A stretch of 64,000 nt of DNA from an uncultured Spirochaetaceae bacterium (GCA_964474355.1 CAYYSY010000312.1:1517-65516), one strand, 5' to 3'; counted from the stretch's first letter, positions 17,263-29,189 are shown. Notes: a model not told the origin generated them from the letters alone. Numbers and translations are program-made.

Positions 17263-18036
17263 TCAATGGAAGCTCGGTGGTCCCCGGCGTTCGTCCTCCC
17301 AACGCTTGCGCCGCTCTTCGTCGTGCGCGACGCGGATGCGTTGTCGCATCCGGTAGCGCTTCCAGCGGTGCTTGAGGGATTGCAGAGTGGGCGCCCCAGG
17401 TGTGCGTCCTTCGCGGACGAGGTAGATCCAGCCGACGAGCGCGCCGCCGGCGTGACCGACGTGGCTGACGTTCGAGGGTCCGATCAGGAAGTCCATCGCG
17501 AGGATCAGCGGTACGAGCCAGAACGCCTTGATCGGCATCGGCGGGAAGAGCAGCATGATCGTGCGGTCGGGCCAGGTGAAGCTGTAGGCGATCATGATGC
17601 CCATGACGGCGCCCGAGGCGCCGAGCGTGGGCATGTTGATGATGTAGTCGGAGAACCCGACGAGATAGGGCACGAAAGGCATCGTCGCGATCAGCACACC
17701 GGCGCCAACGCCGCAGACGAGGTAGTAGCGGAGGAAGCGCTGGTCACCCCAGACGAGCGCCAGTGGCGAGCCGAACATCCACAGCATCAGCATGTTGAAG
17801 ATGATGTGGAGAGGTGACCCGATGCTGTGCAGCCACATGTACGTGAAGGGCCGCCAGATCTGTAGCTCGAGCCAGACGTTGATCGGCGCCACGACGCCGA
17901 GGTCCGTCACGTCGATGCCGCGCCCGGCCGTCGCGATCTGGGCGATGAACACCAGACCGTTGGCGATGAGCAACGTCTTGATGATGTCGGGGGTGACCGG
18001 CGGCCCGAAGCCGAGCTGGGATCCACGTCCGTACAC
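17263..18036 (-). CDS. Rhomboid-family intramembrane serine protease
   Basis: GTG start at 18036, with AAGGAG 11 nt upstream. Motifs: HIIFNMLMLWMFG, catalytic GASGAVMG, and HAGGALVGW. Confidence 0.88.
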   Translation of the reverse strand: MYGRGSQLGFGPPVTPDIIKTLLIANGLVFIAQIATAGRGIDVTDLGVVAPINVWLELQIWRPFTYMWLHSIGSPLHIIFNMLMLWMFGSPLALVWGDQRFLRYYLVCGVGAGVLIATMPFVPYLVGFSDYIINMPTLGASGAVMGIMIAYSFTWPDRTIMLLFPPMPIKAFWLVPLILAMDFLIGPSNVSHVGHAGGALVGWIYLVREGRTPGAPTLQSLKHRWKRYRMRQRIRVAHDEERRKRWEDERRGPPSFH

Positions 18037-18273
18037 GTTCGAGGTTGCTCCTTTTCCGACCGGGTTGGACCGACGTCATACTCGACTCGCCGTGCAACGC
18101 TCGCGTCGCGTGTCGAATCGTTTGATCGGTCACTCGAGCGCAGCAGGCGAGCACGGTGTGTCGCTGACTGCGCGATTCATGCATGCGACCCGGGTCCAGG
18201 TGCACTCACTCTGGGTCCGAGGTCGTCCAACCGGGCCGGCGGGATGGGCGCGGGATCCCGTCGAACGCCGAAA

Positions 18274-18302
18274 ACCTTAGGAATCTTGGGGGTTTCAGTC
18301 AA
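18274..18302 (-). promoter_or_regulatory. Candidate sigma70-type promoter, TTGACT-N17-TAAGGT (minus strand)
   Basis: The reverse complement of 18297-18302 is TTGACT and of 18274-18279 is TAAGGT, with an exact 17-nt spacer. It sits in a 370-bp lower-GC intergenic region about 240 nt upstream of the rhomboid start. This is a pattern match only. Confidence 0.25.
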
Positions 18303-18409
18303 CGCCACACGATTGCTGCAGAAACCCTTCACGAATGTCGGAATCGGCTGCGTTGCGCGGGAGCCGCCGAGAGGCACGGCCCCCGGGTGCTCGGGCTTGG
18401 GGCAGGCTC

Positions 18410-18949
18410 CTAGGAGCGCGTCAGCAGGCCCCTGCGTTTCGCGGCCTTCACCAGGGCGACGATGCTCTTGCCGTCCACCATCTGCCCGCTCCAGATGAGC
18501 TCGAGGGCGGCGCCGAGAGGCATCGGTACCAGCTCGATGACCTCGTCACTGTCGAGGCGCTGGGTGGCGGGCTCGAGTCGGCTCGCCTCGAAGAGATGGA
18601 TGCGCTCGTCGGTGAAGCCTGGCGTCGTCAGGATCGAGCCGAGCGACACGATCTCGCCGGCGCGATAGCCGGTCTCCTCCTCGAGCTCGCGGGCGGCGCA
18701 CACGTCGGGCGCCTCGCCCGGGTCGAGCTTGCCGGCCGGCACCTCCCAGATCGTGCCGCCCGCGGCGTACCGGTACTGCTGGATCAGCAGCACCTCGGTC
18801 TCCGAGAGGAAGGGCACCACCGCCGATGCGCCGGGGTGCCGGATGACGTCGAGGGTCGTGCGCTGCCCGTTCGGCAGCACCACCTCTTCGGACACGAGCT
18901 TCAGCCAGTCGGCGGACTTCCTCACCGGCGGCTCGGCGTCGTCGGTCAT
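18410..18949 (-). CDS. NUDIX hydrolase (ADP-ribose pyrophosphatase-like)
   Basis: ATG at 18949 with GGAGGAG upstream. Nudix box: GKLDPGEAPDVCAARELEEETGY. Confidence 0.88.
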   Translation of the reverse strand: MTDDAEPPVRKSADWLKLVSEEVVLPNGQRTTLDVIRHPGASAVVPFLSETEVLLIQQYRYAAGGTIWEVPAGKLDPGEAPDVCAARELEEETGYRAGEIVSLGSILTTPGFTDERIHLFEASRLEPATQRLDSDEVIELVPMPLGAALELIWSGQMVDGKSIVALVKAAKRRGLLTRS

Positions 18950-19096
18950 CGTTGCTCCTCCCATGCAGCCAGGCGCATCGCGCCGCGCGCTTCGCGAGCA
19001 CGGTGTAGCGCGGCCCGGTGCCCGCCGCGTCATGCGGAATGACGCAGCGAGTGATCTATGTTGGGCGCGCCCGCAGTCGAGCCAACGGAGAGCCCC

Positions 19097-19747
19097 ATGC
19101 CGAGAGTCTTCGAACAGCCCGCGACCATCGCGCTCCCCGACGACGCGCTCGGCGAGGGCGCCGCGCTCGAGGGCCTGCTGATCCCCGCCCCGTCGCTGCC
19201 CGACTGCGCCGGCGGCATCGTCGCCGCACCGCATCCCCTGATGGGCGGCAGCATGGACTCGCCCGTCGTCACCGAGATGGCCTTCGCCCTCGACAAGGCC
19301 GGTGTCGCGAGCCTGCGCTTCAACTGGCGGGGCGTTGGCGGCAGCGCCGGCGCGCCGAGCGGCGACGACGCGGATGCCGACGTCGACTTCGCAGCATCAC
19401 TCGCCTTCCTGCGCGACACGGTGCACGGGCCCGTGCTCGCGATGGGGTACTCGTTCGGCGCGGCCACGGCGCTGCGCGCGACGCAGGAGGCGCCGGCGCT
19501 GCGGCGCCTCGTGCTCGTCGCCCCGCCGCCTTCGCTCATCGACGCGGCGCTGCTCGAGAGCTTCGACGGCCCGATCCTCATGGTGGCGGGCGACGCCGAC
19601 CGCTTCGTCGAGGTCGACGTGCTCGCCCAGTGGGCGGCCGAGCGCGACGGCGCGCGCCTCGAGGTGCTCGAGGGCGCCGATCACTTCTTCATGATGCACC
19701 TGGGCGAGCTGCGCCGCGTGCTGGATGGATGGCTCGAGTCGAGCTGA
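19097..19747 (+). CDS. Alpha/beta-fold hydrolase (small, YqiA/dienelactone-like)
   Basis: ATG at 19097 preceded by GGAGAG. Sequence: HPLMGGSMDSPV...FNWRGVGGSAG; nucleophile elbow GYSFGA; C-terminal GADHFF. Confidence 0.7.
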   Translation: MPRVFEQPATIALPDDALGEGAALEGLLIPAPSLPDCAGGIVAAPHPLMGGSMDSPVVTEMAFALDKAGVASLRFNWRGVGGSAGAPSGDDADADVDFAASLAFLRDTVHGPVLAMGYSFGAATALRATQEAPALRRLVLVAPPPSLIDAALLESFDGPILMVAGDADRFVEVDVLAQWAAERDGARLEVLEGADHFFMMHLGELRRVLDGWLESS

Positions 19748-19764
19748 GCGCGCGACCGCGGCCT

Positions 19765-21189
19765 TCAGTCCCCGGCGATCGGCAGGCGCAGCACGAAGCG
19801 CGCGCCGCCGTCGGCGCCCTGGGCCACGAAGAGACGGCCGCCTGCCTCCTCGGCGAGGCGACGAGAGATCGCGAGACCGAGCCCGCCCGGAGCGTCGGGG
19901 CGGCTCGAGTGGAACGGCTCGAAGACGAGCTCGCGGTCGACCTCGGCGATGCCGGGGCCGTCGTCCTCGACCCAGATCTCGACGTGGGCCGGGCCACCGT
20001 TCTGCGAGCGGCGCCGGGCGGTGATGCGGACCGCGCCGCCCTCCGCGCAGGCCTCGATGGCGTTGACGCAGAGGTTCAGCAGCACCTGCCGCAGCGCGTC
20101 GGGTGAGAGCGCCGCGGCGCCGAACATCGGGTCGACGGGGATCGCGGTGAGCGTGACGCCCGCCTCCCGCGCGCGGTGCGCGAGCAGCTGCTCGAGGGCC
20201 GCGAGCGCATGGGAGACGTCGGCGTCGTCGGGTCGCTCCCCCGCCGGCCCGGGCCGGGCGTGGGCGAGCACCTCGTCGAGCAGCCGCTCGAGCCGGAAGA
20301 CCTCGTCGAGCACGAGCCCTCGGAACGAGTCGTGGAAGTCGGCGTCGTCGAGGCGCTCGGGCAGGAGCTCGAGGAAGGTCTTGATCGAGACGAGCGGATT
20401 GCGGACCTCGTGGATCACCTCAGCGACGAGTGAGCCGAGCAGCGCGAGGCGGTCCAGGCGCTTGACCGCGTCATCGAGCTCGCTCATCCGCGTCACGGTG
20501 CGGTCGCGCTCGAGGGGCGCTGCGAGGCTCTCGGCCAGCGCGTCGAGCCGGGCGAGGCTGCGCGGGCGCACGCGGCCGAGCAGATCGCGTTCGCCACCGA
20601 CGAGGAGCAGGAGCCCAGGAGCGGCGGCGCTCTCGGCAGTCCCGGTGCCGCCGGACCGCGTGAGGGCCCGCACCGCCGTGAATCCGGTGCGCTGGGAGAA
20701 GAGGCGCGCCACCTCGGGCAGGGTGGGCTCGCCGAGGTCGATCGCACCGCGCTGCCGCCAGAGGAGCGCCAGCTCGCCGCGCTCGGGCGGCTTCGGCACG
20801 CCGGTTCGCGCGAACGACGCGAGCGGGCGGGCCTCGAGCTCCGTGTCGTCGCGCTTCAGGATCAGGCCTACATCGAGGCCGAGCGACTCGCAGGCCGCGT
20901 GCAGCGCCTGTTGGCAGACGACCTGGAGATCGTCTTCGGGCTCGCGCCTCGGTCGCGCCGCGGTCCGGGGCTCGAGTACGTCCTGGCGTGTGCGCGGCCT
21001 GGTACCGGCCAGCTTCGACTCGTGCGCCGCGTGGCGAGGCTCGCCGCCTCGGTCGTCCGGCGGCTCGGCCAGATCGTCCGGCGCCGGAAATACCGCGTCG
21101 ATGAGCGCACGAGGCGAACGATCGCGCGTGCGCCGACGTGCCGGTACGCGCGCCGGGTGCGTCCCCGGGCCCAGGTCTTCATCCCCCAT
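19765..21189 (-). CDS. Sensor histidine kinase (cytoplasmic, GAF-like N-terminus, HisKA + HATPase_c)
   Basis: H-box VAEVIHEVRNPLVSIKTF. N-box LLNLCVNAIEA. G1 VEDDGPGI. G2 GGLGLAISRR. No TM segment is seen. Confidence 0.88.
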   Translation of the reverse strand: MGDEDLGPGTHPARVPARRRTRDRSPRALIDAVFPAPDDLAEPPDDRGGEPRHAAHESKLAGTRPRTRQDVLEPRTAARPRREPEDDLQVVCQQALHAACESLGLDVGLILKRDDTELEARPLASFARTGVPKPPERGELALLWRQRGAIDLGEPTLPEVARLFSQRTGFTAVRALTRSGGTGTAESAAAPGLLLLVGGERDLLGRVRPRSLARLDALAESLAAPLERDRTVTRMSELDDAVKRLDRLALLGSLVAEVIHEVRNPLVSIKTFLELLPERLDDADFHDSFRGLVLDEVFRLERLLDEVLAHARPGPAGERPDDADVSHALAALEQLLAHRAREAGVTLTAIPVDPMFGAAALSPDALRQVLLNLCVNAIEACAEGGAVRITARRRSQNGGPAHVEIWVEDDGPGIAEVDRELVFEPFHSSRPDAPGGLGLAISRRLAEEAGGRLFVAQGADGGARFVLRLPIAGD

Positions 21190-21262
21190 GGTCGGGTTGC
21201 TATCGCGCTGGGCGTGCGTCTGTCAAGGTGGCGCGTCGTTCGCCCCTCATCGGGGTGCCCGC

Positions 21263-24151
21263 TCAGAACAGGTCTTCGCGCAGCGCCTCTTCGGCGTCCG
21301 TGGCGGTCGTGCGGTCGCTGAGCGTCCGATCGGGCTGGGTGCCGGCGACGAAGGGCTGGAAGTACGCGTTGAGCGAGGTCGTGTCGGCGATGAGCCCGGT
21401 GTCGCGGTCGATGCGCGCGAAGACGATGTTCTCGTCGGGCACGTCGAAGTCGCGAATCGGCATGCCCCGGAGCGCCACCTTCATGTAGTCGCCCCAGATC
21501 GGCAGCGCGGCACCCGCACCGGTCTCGCCCCAGCCGAGCACGGTGTTGTCGTCGTGGCCGACCCAGACACCGGTCACGATCTCGGGCGAGAAGCCCATGA
21601 ACCAGGCGTCGCCCTGCTCGTTGGTCGTGCCCGTCTTGCCGGCGAGCGGCCGGCCGAGCTTCTTGAGCCGCTGTCCGGTCCCCTCCTGGACCACGGCCCG
21701 GAGCAGGTCGCACATGAGGTAGGCCTGGGCCTCCGAGATGATCTCGTCGGTGGGCATGATCTCGGCGTCGGGATAGACCGCGAGGTCGTCGATCGAGACC
21801 GTTCGTACCGAAGCGGCGGCGCGCACGTCGTCGGCGCCCGCCGCGAAGCCCGCGGCCAGTGGCCGCAGCACGGGCGGCGGCGGCGGGCCGAGCGGCACGT
21901 CCTCGAGCAGCACGGTGCCATCGGACGCGGTCACCTTCGTGATGAAGCGCGGCAGCACGCGCTTGCCGTGGTTGGGGAAGACGGCGTACGCGGTGGTGAG
22001 CTCGAGCAGGGTGACCGAGCTCGAGCCGAGGGCTAGCGAGAGGTCGCGCGAGAGCGGTGACTGGATGCCGAGGCGGCGCGCGTAGTCGATCACATAGTCG
22101 ACGCCGACCTCGCGGAACAGGTGCACCGTGGCGTTGTTGACCGACTTCTTCAGCGCGTTGCGAAGCGGCATCGGGCCGTAGAAGCGCCGGCCGTAGTTGC
22201 GCGGCGCCCACACGAAGCCGGACACCGGATCGGTGTAGACCACCGGGCGGTCGACGACCTCGGACACCGGTGTGTAGTCGCGGGCGAGCGCTGCGCCGTA
22301 GATGAAGGGCTTGAAGGCGGAGCCCGGCTGGCGCTTCGCCTGGGTGGCGCGGTTGAACTCGCTCTGCTCGTAGTCGTAGCCGCCGACGAGCGCGAGCACG
22401 TCGCCGGTGTCGACCTCCATCGAGAGCAGCGAGCCCTGCACGACCGGCACCTGATGGAGGTCGAGCCTCGCGACCGGCAGCTCGATCAGCGGCTCCGGCA
22501 GCGCTTCTTCGGCTGCGAGCGTCGCGAGCTCGTCGGGGCCGATCGCGGGGTCGTAGATCGGGCGCAGCTCGGGCTCGGTGCGCTCGTCGTCTTCGATCTC
22601 TTCCGGTGTGAGATCGGGCAGGCGGACGAACCTGGCCACGTCGCCCACTTTCACGATCCAGTCGATACGCTTGACCGCGACCCGGCGACGCATGGGGTTC
22701 GGCTCGCGCGCCCAGTCGACGTCGTCCAGCGCCAGGGTGCCCGTGAGCCCCTGGCCGAGCGCGACCTTCGCCATCTCGGCCTTGCGGTCGACCTCGACGA
22801 CGACGCCGAGGATCGGCTCGTCGAAGGGCACGTCGAGGGCGATGGGTTCGGGCTCGGGCGGCAGCAGCGGCGGGGACCCGGCGTCGGCGGTCTGGGCTTC
22901 GGCCTCGGCTTCGGTCCGGGGCTCGGCTTCGGCATTCGCCTGGGCGTCGCCGGCGGAGGGCTCGCTCTCGCCCTCGGCTCCGGCCGCGTCGCTCGGCGCT
23001 GTGTCGACGTCGGCGATGGCCGTCTCGGCGCTCTCGCCCGCGTGCTCTACATCGCCTTCGCCCGGCGTCCACTCGATGCCGAGATCCTCGGCGAGGATCC
23101 CGACGTAGAGCTCGGCGTTCTCCTCACCCGCCTCGGCCACGGCCGCGTCGATCTCGCCGGCCTTCGCCGTGCGCAGCACGCCCCGGTAGCCCTGGCGATG
23201 ATCGTGGGCCTCGAGCCCGCGGCGTACCGCCTCGACGGCGGTCAGCTGCAGATCGAGGTCGAGGGTCGTCTCGATCGTGAGCCCGCCCTCGAGGACGACG
23301 TCGCCGCCGAGCCGCTCGTAGAGATAGCGGCGCACCAGCTCGGTGAAGTGGGCGGACGGGCCGTAGTGCTCGGCCTCCGGCGGCTGGGCGAGCTCGGGCA
23401 GATCGACCAGCGCTGCGGCGTACGTGCTGCGGTCGATGATGCCGTCGTCGACCATGCGGCCCAGCACGTAGCGTCGCCGCCTCTCGGCCGACTCGGGGTT
23501 GCGATAGGGCGAGTACTCGCTCGGTCGCTGCGGCAGGCCGGCCAGCAGCGCCGCCTCGCTCACGCCGATCTCGCGCACGCTCTTGCCGAAGTAGGTGCGC
23601 GCCGCCTCCTCGATCCCCCAGGCGCCCTGACCGAAGTAGATCTGGTTCAGATAGAGGTAGAGGATCTCCTCCTTCGTGAACCGCTTCTCGATGTCACGGG
23701 CGAGGAACATCTCGCGGATCTTGCGGCGGTAGGTCTTCTCGGGGGAGAGCAGCAGGCTTTTCACCATCTGCTGGGTGATCGTCGAGGCGCCCTGGCCCTT
23801 GGCGTCGCCCGAGAGCAGGTTCGAGAGCGCGGCGCGGATGATGCCGCGGTAGTCGAGGCCCTCGTGCTCGAAGAACGAGCCGTCCTCGGCAGCCACGAAC
23901 GCAAGCTGGACGTGCTTCGGGATGTCTTCGATGGGAACGAGCCGCCGGCGCTCTTCGTAGAACTCGCCGATCGGGCGACCATGCCGGTCGAGCACGACCG
24001 ACGTGCGCGTGGGCTCGTAGTCCTCGATCCGGTGCAGGTCGGGCAGATCGCTGAGGAACGCGTCGTAGAACCACCACGCGCCCCCTGCGACGCCAACGGC
24101 GAGCAGTAGGACGAGGCCGAGCAGGGCTCGAAGCACCCTGGACCTGTTCAT
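21263..24151 (-). CDS. mrcA: Class A penicillin-binding protein 1A (glycosyltransferase + transpeptidase)
   Basis: ATG at 24151. TM anchor: LLGLVLLLAVGVAGGAWWF. GT51 motifs: AAEDGSFFEHEGLD, GASTITQQ, RKIREM. Transpeptidase motifs: SAFKP (SxxK), SVN, KTGTT. A long inter-domain insertion is present. Confidence 0.92.
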   Translation of the reverse strand: MNRSRVLRALLGLVLLLAVGVAGGAWWFYDAFLSDLPDLHRIEDYEPTRTSVVLDRHGRPIGEFYEERRRLVPIEDIPKHVQLAFVAAEDGSFFEHEGLDYRGIIRAALSNLLSGDAKGQGASTITQQMVKSLLLSPEKTYRRKIREMFLARDIEKRFTKEEILYLYLNQIYFGQGAWGIEEAARTYFGKSVREIGVSEAALLAGLPQRPSEYSPYRNPESAERRRRYVLGRMVDDGIIDRSTYAAALVDLPELAQPPEAEHYGPSAHFTELVRRYLYERLGGDVVLEGGLTIETTLDLDLQLTAVEAVRRGLEAHDHRQGYRGVLRTAKAGEIDAAVAEAGEENAELYVGILAEDLGIEWTPGEGDVEHAGESAETAIADVDTAPSDAAGAEGESEPSAGDAQANAEAEPRTEAEAEAQTADAGSPPLLPPEPEPIALDVPFDEPILGVVVEVDRKAEMAKVALGQGLTGTLALDDVDWAREPNPMRRRVAVKRIDWIVKVGDVARFVRLPDLTPEEIEDDERTEPELRPIYDPAIGPDELATLAAEEALPEPLIELPVARLDLHQVPVVQGSLLSMEVDTGDVLALVGGYDYEQSEFNRATQAKRQPGSAFKPFIYGAALARDYTPVSEVVDRPVVYTDPVSGFVWAPRNYGRRFYGPMPLRNALKKSVNNATVHLFREVGVDYVIDYARRLGIQSPLSRDLSLALGSSSVTLLELTTAYAVFPNHGKRVLPRFITKVTASDGTVLLEDVPLGPPPPPVLRPLAAGFAAGADDVRAAASVRTVSIDDLAVYPDAEIMPTDEIISEAQAYLMCDLLRAVVQEGTGQRLKKLGRPLAGKTGTTNEQGDAWFMGFSPEIVTGVWVGHDDNTVLGWGETGAGAALPIWGDYMKVALRGMPIRDFDVPDENIVFARIDRDTGLIADTTSLNAYFQPFVAGTQPDRTLSDRTTATDAEEALREDLF

Positions 24152-24400
24152 TGCGTCGAATACCCCAAGAGTGGCCGAAACCTAGCCCGGATGATGCGCT
24201 TCTGCCCCGACTCGGGGGCCGCGCGAAGCGTGCCGACGGGCGGGTGATCGGTGTAGCGTCTCGGCGCGCCGGGCATCCGAGATCGGGTGTCGCGACACGG
24301 CCGGGCTCGCCGGATCGGATGGACGCCGCATCGTGCGCCGGTCCGGATCCCCCCGACCCCGACCTGCGCGTGACCCTCTCCGAACCCGACGCCCACCAGG

Positions 24401-25363
24401 ATGTTCCCCATGCCCGCCCCCTCCCGCAGCATGCTCTTCGTCATGGACCCCATCGAGCACGAGGACGTATCGGGCTCTACGACCCTCGTCTTCATGCTCG
24501 AGGCCCAGGCCCGGGGCCACGAGGTGCTCTTCTGCGAGCCCCATGACCTCGAGGTGATCGACGGTCGGGCGGCGGCGCGCGTGACCCCGGTCACCCTGCG
24601 CCGCGAGGTCGGCAACCACGTCGACCGTGGCCCTTCGCGCACCATCTTGCTCGACGACGAGGTCGACGTCGCCTTCCAGCGCAAGGACCCGCCGGTCGAG
24701 GGGGTCTACGTCACCTCGACCCAGATCCTCGGCGTCTGCAGACGCACGCTCGTGCTGAACGATCCCCGCCACATCCTCGCCTTCAACGAGAAGCTCTTCG
24801 CGCTGCACTTCCCCGACCTGATGGCCGAGACCACCGTGACGCGCGAGATCTCGGTGCTGCGCGACTTCATGGCGAAGCTCGGCGGGGAGATGATCGTGAA
24901 GCCCCTCGATGGCAAGGGCGGCGAGGGCATCTTCCACGTCCACGACAGCGACCGGAACCTGAGCTCGATCCTCGAGCAGGCGACGGGCTTCGGCACGCGC
25001 TGGGCCATGGCCCAGCGCTATCTGCCCGAGGTGCGCGAGGGCGACAAGCGGATCCTGCTGCTCGAGGGCGAGCCGATCGGCGCCGTGCTGCGCGTGCCCT
25101 CCGATGCGGAGGTGCGGGCGAACCTGCACGTGGGCGGCCGCGCGGCGAAGGCCGAGATCACGGCCGACGATCGCGCGATCATAGATCGCGTCGGCCCGGT
25201 GCTGCGCGAGCACGGTCTCTTCTTCGTCGGCATCGACGTCATCGGTGGCCGGTTGACCGAGATCAACGTCACCTCGCCCACCGGCGTTCAGGAGGTGAAC
25301 GCGCTGGACGACGTGCGCCTCGAGGCCGTGTTCATGGATGCGGTGGAGCGCAAGCTCGGCTGA
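24401..25363 (+). CDS. gshB: Glutathione synthetase
   Basis: MLFVMDPIEHEDVSGSTTLVFMLEAQARGHEV parallels the E. coli GshB N-terminus. ATP-grasp part: VKPLDGKGGEGIF, GDKRILLLEGEPIGAV. The start is ATG at 24401, 24410 or 24431. Confidence 0.9.
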   Translation: MFPMPAPSRSMLFVMDPIEHEDVSGSTTLVFMLEAQARGHEVLFCEPHDLEVIDGRAAARVTPVTLRREVGNHVDRGPSRTILLDDEVDVAFQRKDPPVEGVYVTSTQILGVCRRTLVLNDPRHILAFNEKLFALHFPDLMAETTVTREISVLRDFMAKLGGEMIVKPLDGKGGEGIFHVHDSDRNLSSILEQATGFGTRWAMAQRYLPEVREGDKRILLLEGEPIGAVLRVPSDAEVRANLHVGGRAAKAEITADDRAIIDRVGPVLREHGLFFVGIDVIGGRLTEINVTSPTGVQEVNALDDVRLEAVFMDAVERKLG

Positions 25364-25414
25364 CGCCCGCGTCGCGCCGACGACCGTCGCGGCTACACGC
25401 TAGGGTTGCGGGCG

Positions 25415-26896
<1,482 letters not shown>

Positions 26897-27014
26897 CGTT
26901 AGACTGCTCGTCGGCGAGTGTTGCAACACCATGTCCGCATGCGGCCAGCCAGGGGGGTGGCGGGCGGGCTATCCAGGGGGCGTTGAACGCAACGCACTCA
27001 CGAGGTCGCGGCAC

Positions 27015-27545
27015 ATGGGCATTCTCTACGACACGAAGATCGACACTCCCATCGGGCGCCTGCGTGTGGCCTCGAGTGAGCGCGGACTGGCCTACGTGGG
27101 GCTACCCCGCGCGAACGGCCGAGGCTTCGAGGGCTGGCATGCGCGCCACGCACCGGACGACGTCGTCGAGAGCGCCTTCGAGCCGAATCGCGAGGCCTGC
27201 GCACAGCTCGACGAGTTCCTGAACGGCAAGCGCCGCGTCTTCGAGCTCGACCTCGACCTGCGCGGCACCGACTTCCAGAAGAAGGTGCTGATGGCTGTGT
27301 CGGCGATTCCCTACGGCGAGACGCTGGCGTACGCCGACATCGCGCGGGCGATCGGCCAGCCCAATGCAGTGCGCGCGGTGGGCGCCGCGAACGGCGCGAA
27401 CCCGATCCCGCTGGTGATCCCGTGCCATCGCGTGGTCGCGTCGAACGGCCACCTGCAGGGCTACGCGGGTGGGCTCGAGCTCAAGCAGCGCCTGCTCGCG
27501 ATGGAGCGGCCCGCGGTGGTCCTGAGCCAGGGGATGCTGCTCTAG
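27015..27545 (+). CDS. ogt: Methylated-DNA--protein-cysteine methyltransferase
   Basis: ATG at 27015. Sequence: IPYGETLAYADIARAIGQPNAVRAVGAANGANPIPLVIPCHRVV (PCHR active site). Confidence 0.9.
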   Translation: MGILYDTKIDTPIGRLRVASSERGLAYVGLPRANGRGFEGWHARHAPDDVVESAFEPNREACAQLDEFLNGKRRVFELDLDLRGTDFQKKVLMAVSAIPYGETLAYADIARAIGQPNAVRAVGAANGANPIPLVIPCHRVVASNGHLQGYAGGLELKQRLLAMERPAVVLSQGMLL

Positions 27546-27835
27546 GCAGAACCTCGAGCGGCCCCCCGCTGTGGCCCCCCGTCCGGTGTAGCTCGTGCCC
27601 CCAATTCGAAACATCGTCCCGCCCGGTGTCGAGCTGCAGGCGCGTGCCAGCGAAGGCGGCCGCTACGCCACGTGAGTGTGCGCGGGCACCCGCGTCGCTT
27701 CAGCGAACGGCCCAGCCTGTCTGCTCCAACACCTGACGGATGGCGCGCGCTCGACTCCCCGAGCGAGATGCACGATCGGGCACCCGGCGACCGCCAGAGC
27801 GATACACCCCGGAGCTCCCACGCACGCCCCGCGAC

Positions 27836-29029
27836 TCAAACCTTCTCGAGCGCCTGGTCCATGTCCGCGATCAGATCCTCGGCGTTCTCGATGCCACAGG
27901 CGAGCCGGCAGAGCGAGTCGGTGATGCCCCACTCGGCACGATCCTTCGGATCGTAGTCCCAGTACGACATCGTGACCGGCAGCTCGATCAGGCTCTCGAC
28001 CCCACCGAGCGAAGGCGCCTGGTAGGGCACGCGCGTCGCGTCGATGAAGCGGATCGCGCCGTCGAGGTCGGTGTCGATCTCGAACGTCACGACGCCACCG
28101 AAGCCCTTCATCTCGCGCGTCGCGACCGCGTGGTCGGGATGGCTCTCGAGCCCCGGGTACCAGACCTGCCGCACCTTGGGATGCGATTCGAGGAAGCGCG
28201 CCATGGCGATGCCGTTGGCGTTGTGGCGGTCCATGCGCACGTCGAGGGTCTTGATGCCGCGCAGCAGCAGCCAGGCGCAGTGGCTGTCGATGATGCCGCC
28301 GAGCACGCCGAGCGCCTTGCGGATCGGCTCGATCGTCTCGGCGTCGCCGGTGACCGTGCCCGCGAGCAGGTCGTTGTGGCCGCCGAGATACTTGGTCGCG
28401 CTGTGCACGACGAGGTCGGCGCCGAAGTCGAGCGAGCGCTGGTTCGACGGCGTCGCGAACGTCGAGTCGATGATGACCTTCACGCCCTTCGCGTGCGCGA
28501 TGGCCGAGCAGCGCTCGATGTCGATCACACGCAGGTAGGGATTGGTCGGCGACTCGGTGAAGAAGAGCTTCGTTTCGGGCCGGATCGCCGCCTCGAAGGC
28601 CTCGAGGTTGCACGGCTCGATCACCGTGCACTCGACGCCCATCCGAACGAGGTACTCGTTGATGAACTGGCGCGTGCGCCTGTAGCAGTCGCTCGTCACG
28701 ATGAGATGGCTGCCGGGCGGCAGCAGCGCCAGAAAGGTCGTCGTCGCCGCACACATGCCCGACGCGAAGAGCACGCTCTCCTCGCCGCCTTCGAGCTCGG
28801 TCAGCTTGCGCTCGACCGCGCGCCAGGTCGGGTTGCCGTAGCGCCCGTACTCCTCGCGCTTCGTCTTGCCCTCTTGATAGTCGATCACCTCCTGACTCGT
28901 CTCGAACCAGAACGTCGAGGTCTGGTAGATCGGAGTGGTGATCGCGTTGGCTTCCTGCTGCCGCAGCTCGCCCGCGTGAACGGATCGGGTCGCGGCGCCG
29001 CGCTCGCGGGGGCCGTCTTCCATCTTCAT
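27836..29029 (-). CDS. Cys/Met-metabolism PLP enzyme (cystathionine gamma-synthase/beta-lyase family)
   Basis: ATG at 29029 (MKMEDG). Sequences: TRSVHAG, TPIYQTSTF, and the PLP-lysine motif VVHSATKYLGGHNDLLAG. The exact reaction cannot be assigned by eye. Confidence 0.85.
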   Translation of the reverse strand: MKMEDGPRERGAATRSVHAGELRQQEANAITTPIYQTSTFWFETSQEVIDYQEGKTKREEYGRYGNPTWRAVERKLTELEGGEESVLFASGMCAATTTFLALLPPGSHLIVTSDCYRRTRQFINEYLVRMGVECTVIEPCNLEAFEAAIRPETKLFFTESPTNPYLRVIDIERCSAIAHAKGVKVIIDSTFATPSNQRSLDFGADLVVHSATKYLGGHNDLLAGTVTGDAETIEPIRKALGVLGGIIDSHCAWLLLRGIKTLDVRMDRHNANGIAMARFLESHPKVRQVWYPGLESHPDHAVATREMKGFGGVVTFEIDTDLDGAIRFIDATRVPYQAPSLGGVESLIELPVTMSYWDYDPKDRAEWGITDSLCRLACGIENAEDLIADMDQALEKV

Positions 29030-29189
29030 GTCTCGATTCGGAGGCGCCGGGCCAATGCCCGGCCTGCTCTCACTGCACGACCCGCTCGCCTCACACGAAG
29101 GTCGAAGAGTCGCGGCCATCTGCGCGCCGTCCATCATCTACGCAGAGCGGGATGGGACGACCTGGCTGTGGGGGCACTTAGCACGTCTT

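Noticed and set aside
18279-18300. A shared motif GGAATC..TGGGGTTTCAG, also seen at 42489-42510
   Set aside because: Only two loosely matching copies exist, with an indel. That is within chance expectation for a 64-kb window, and they share no consistent position relative to genes.
20868-24109. Long alternative-frame ORFs (20868-23072 minus, 22121-24109 plus) overlapping PBP1A and the histidine kinase
   Set aside because: They have the same shadow-frame composition. The PBP1A frame carries all the GT51 and transpeptidase motifs.
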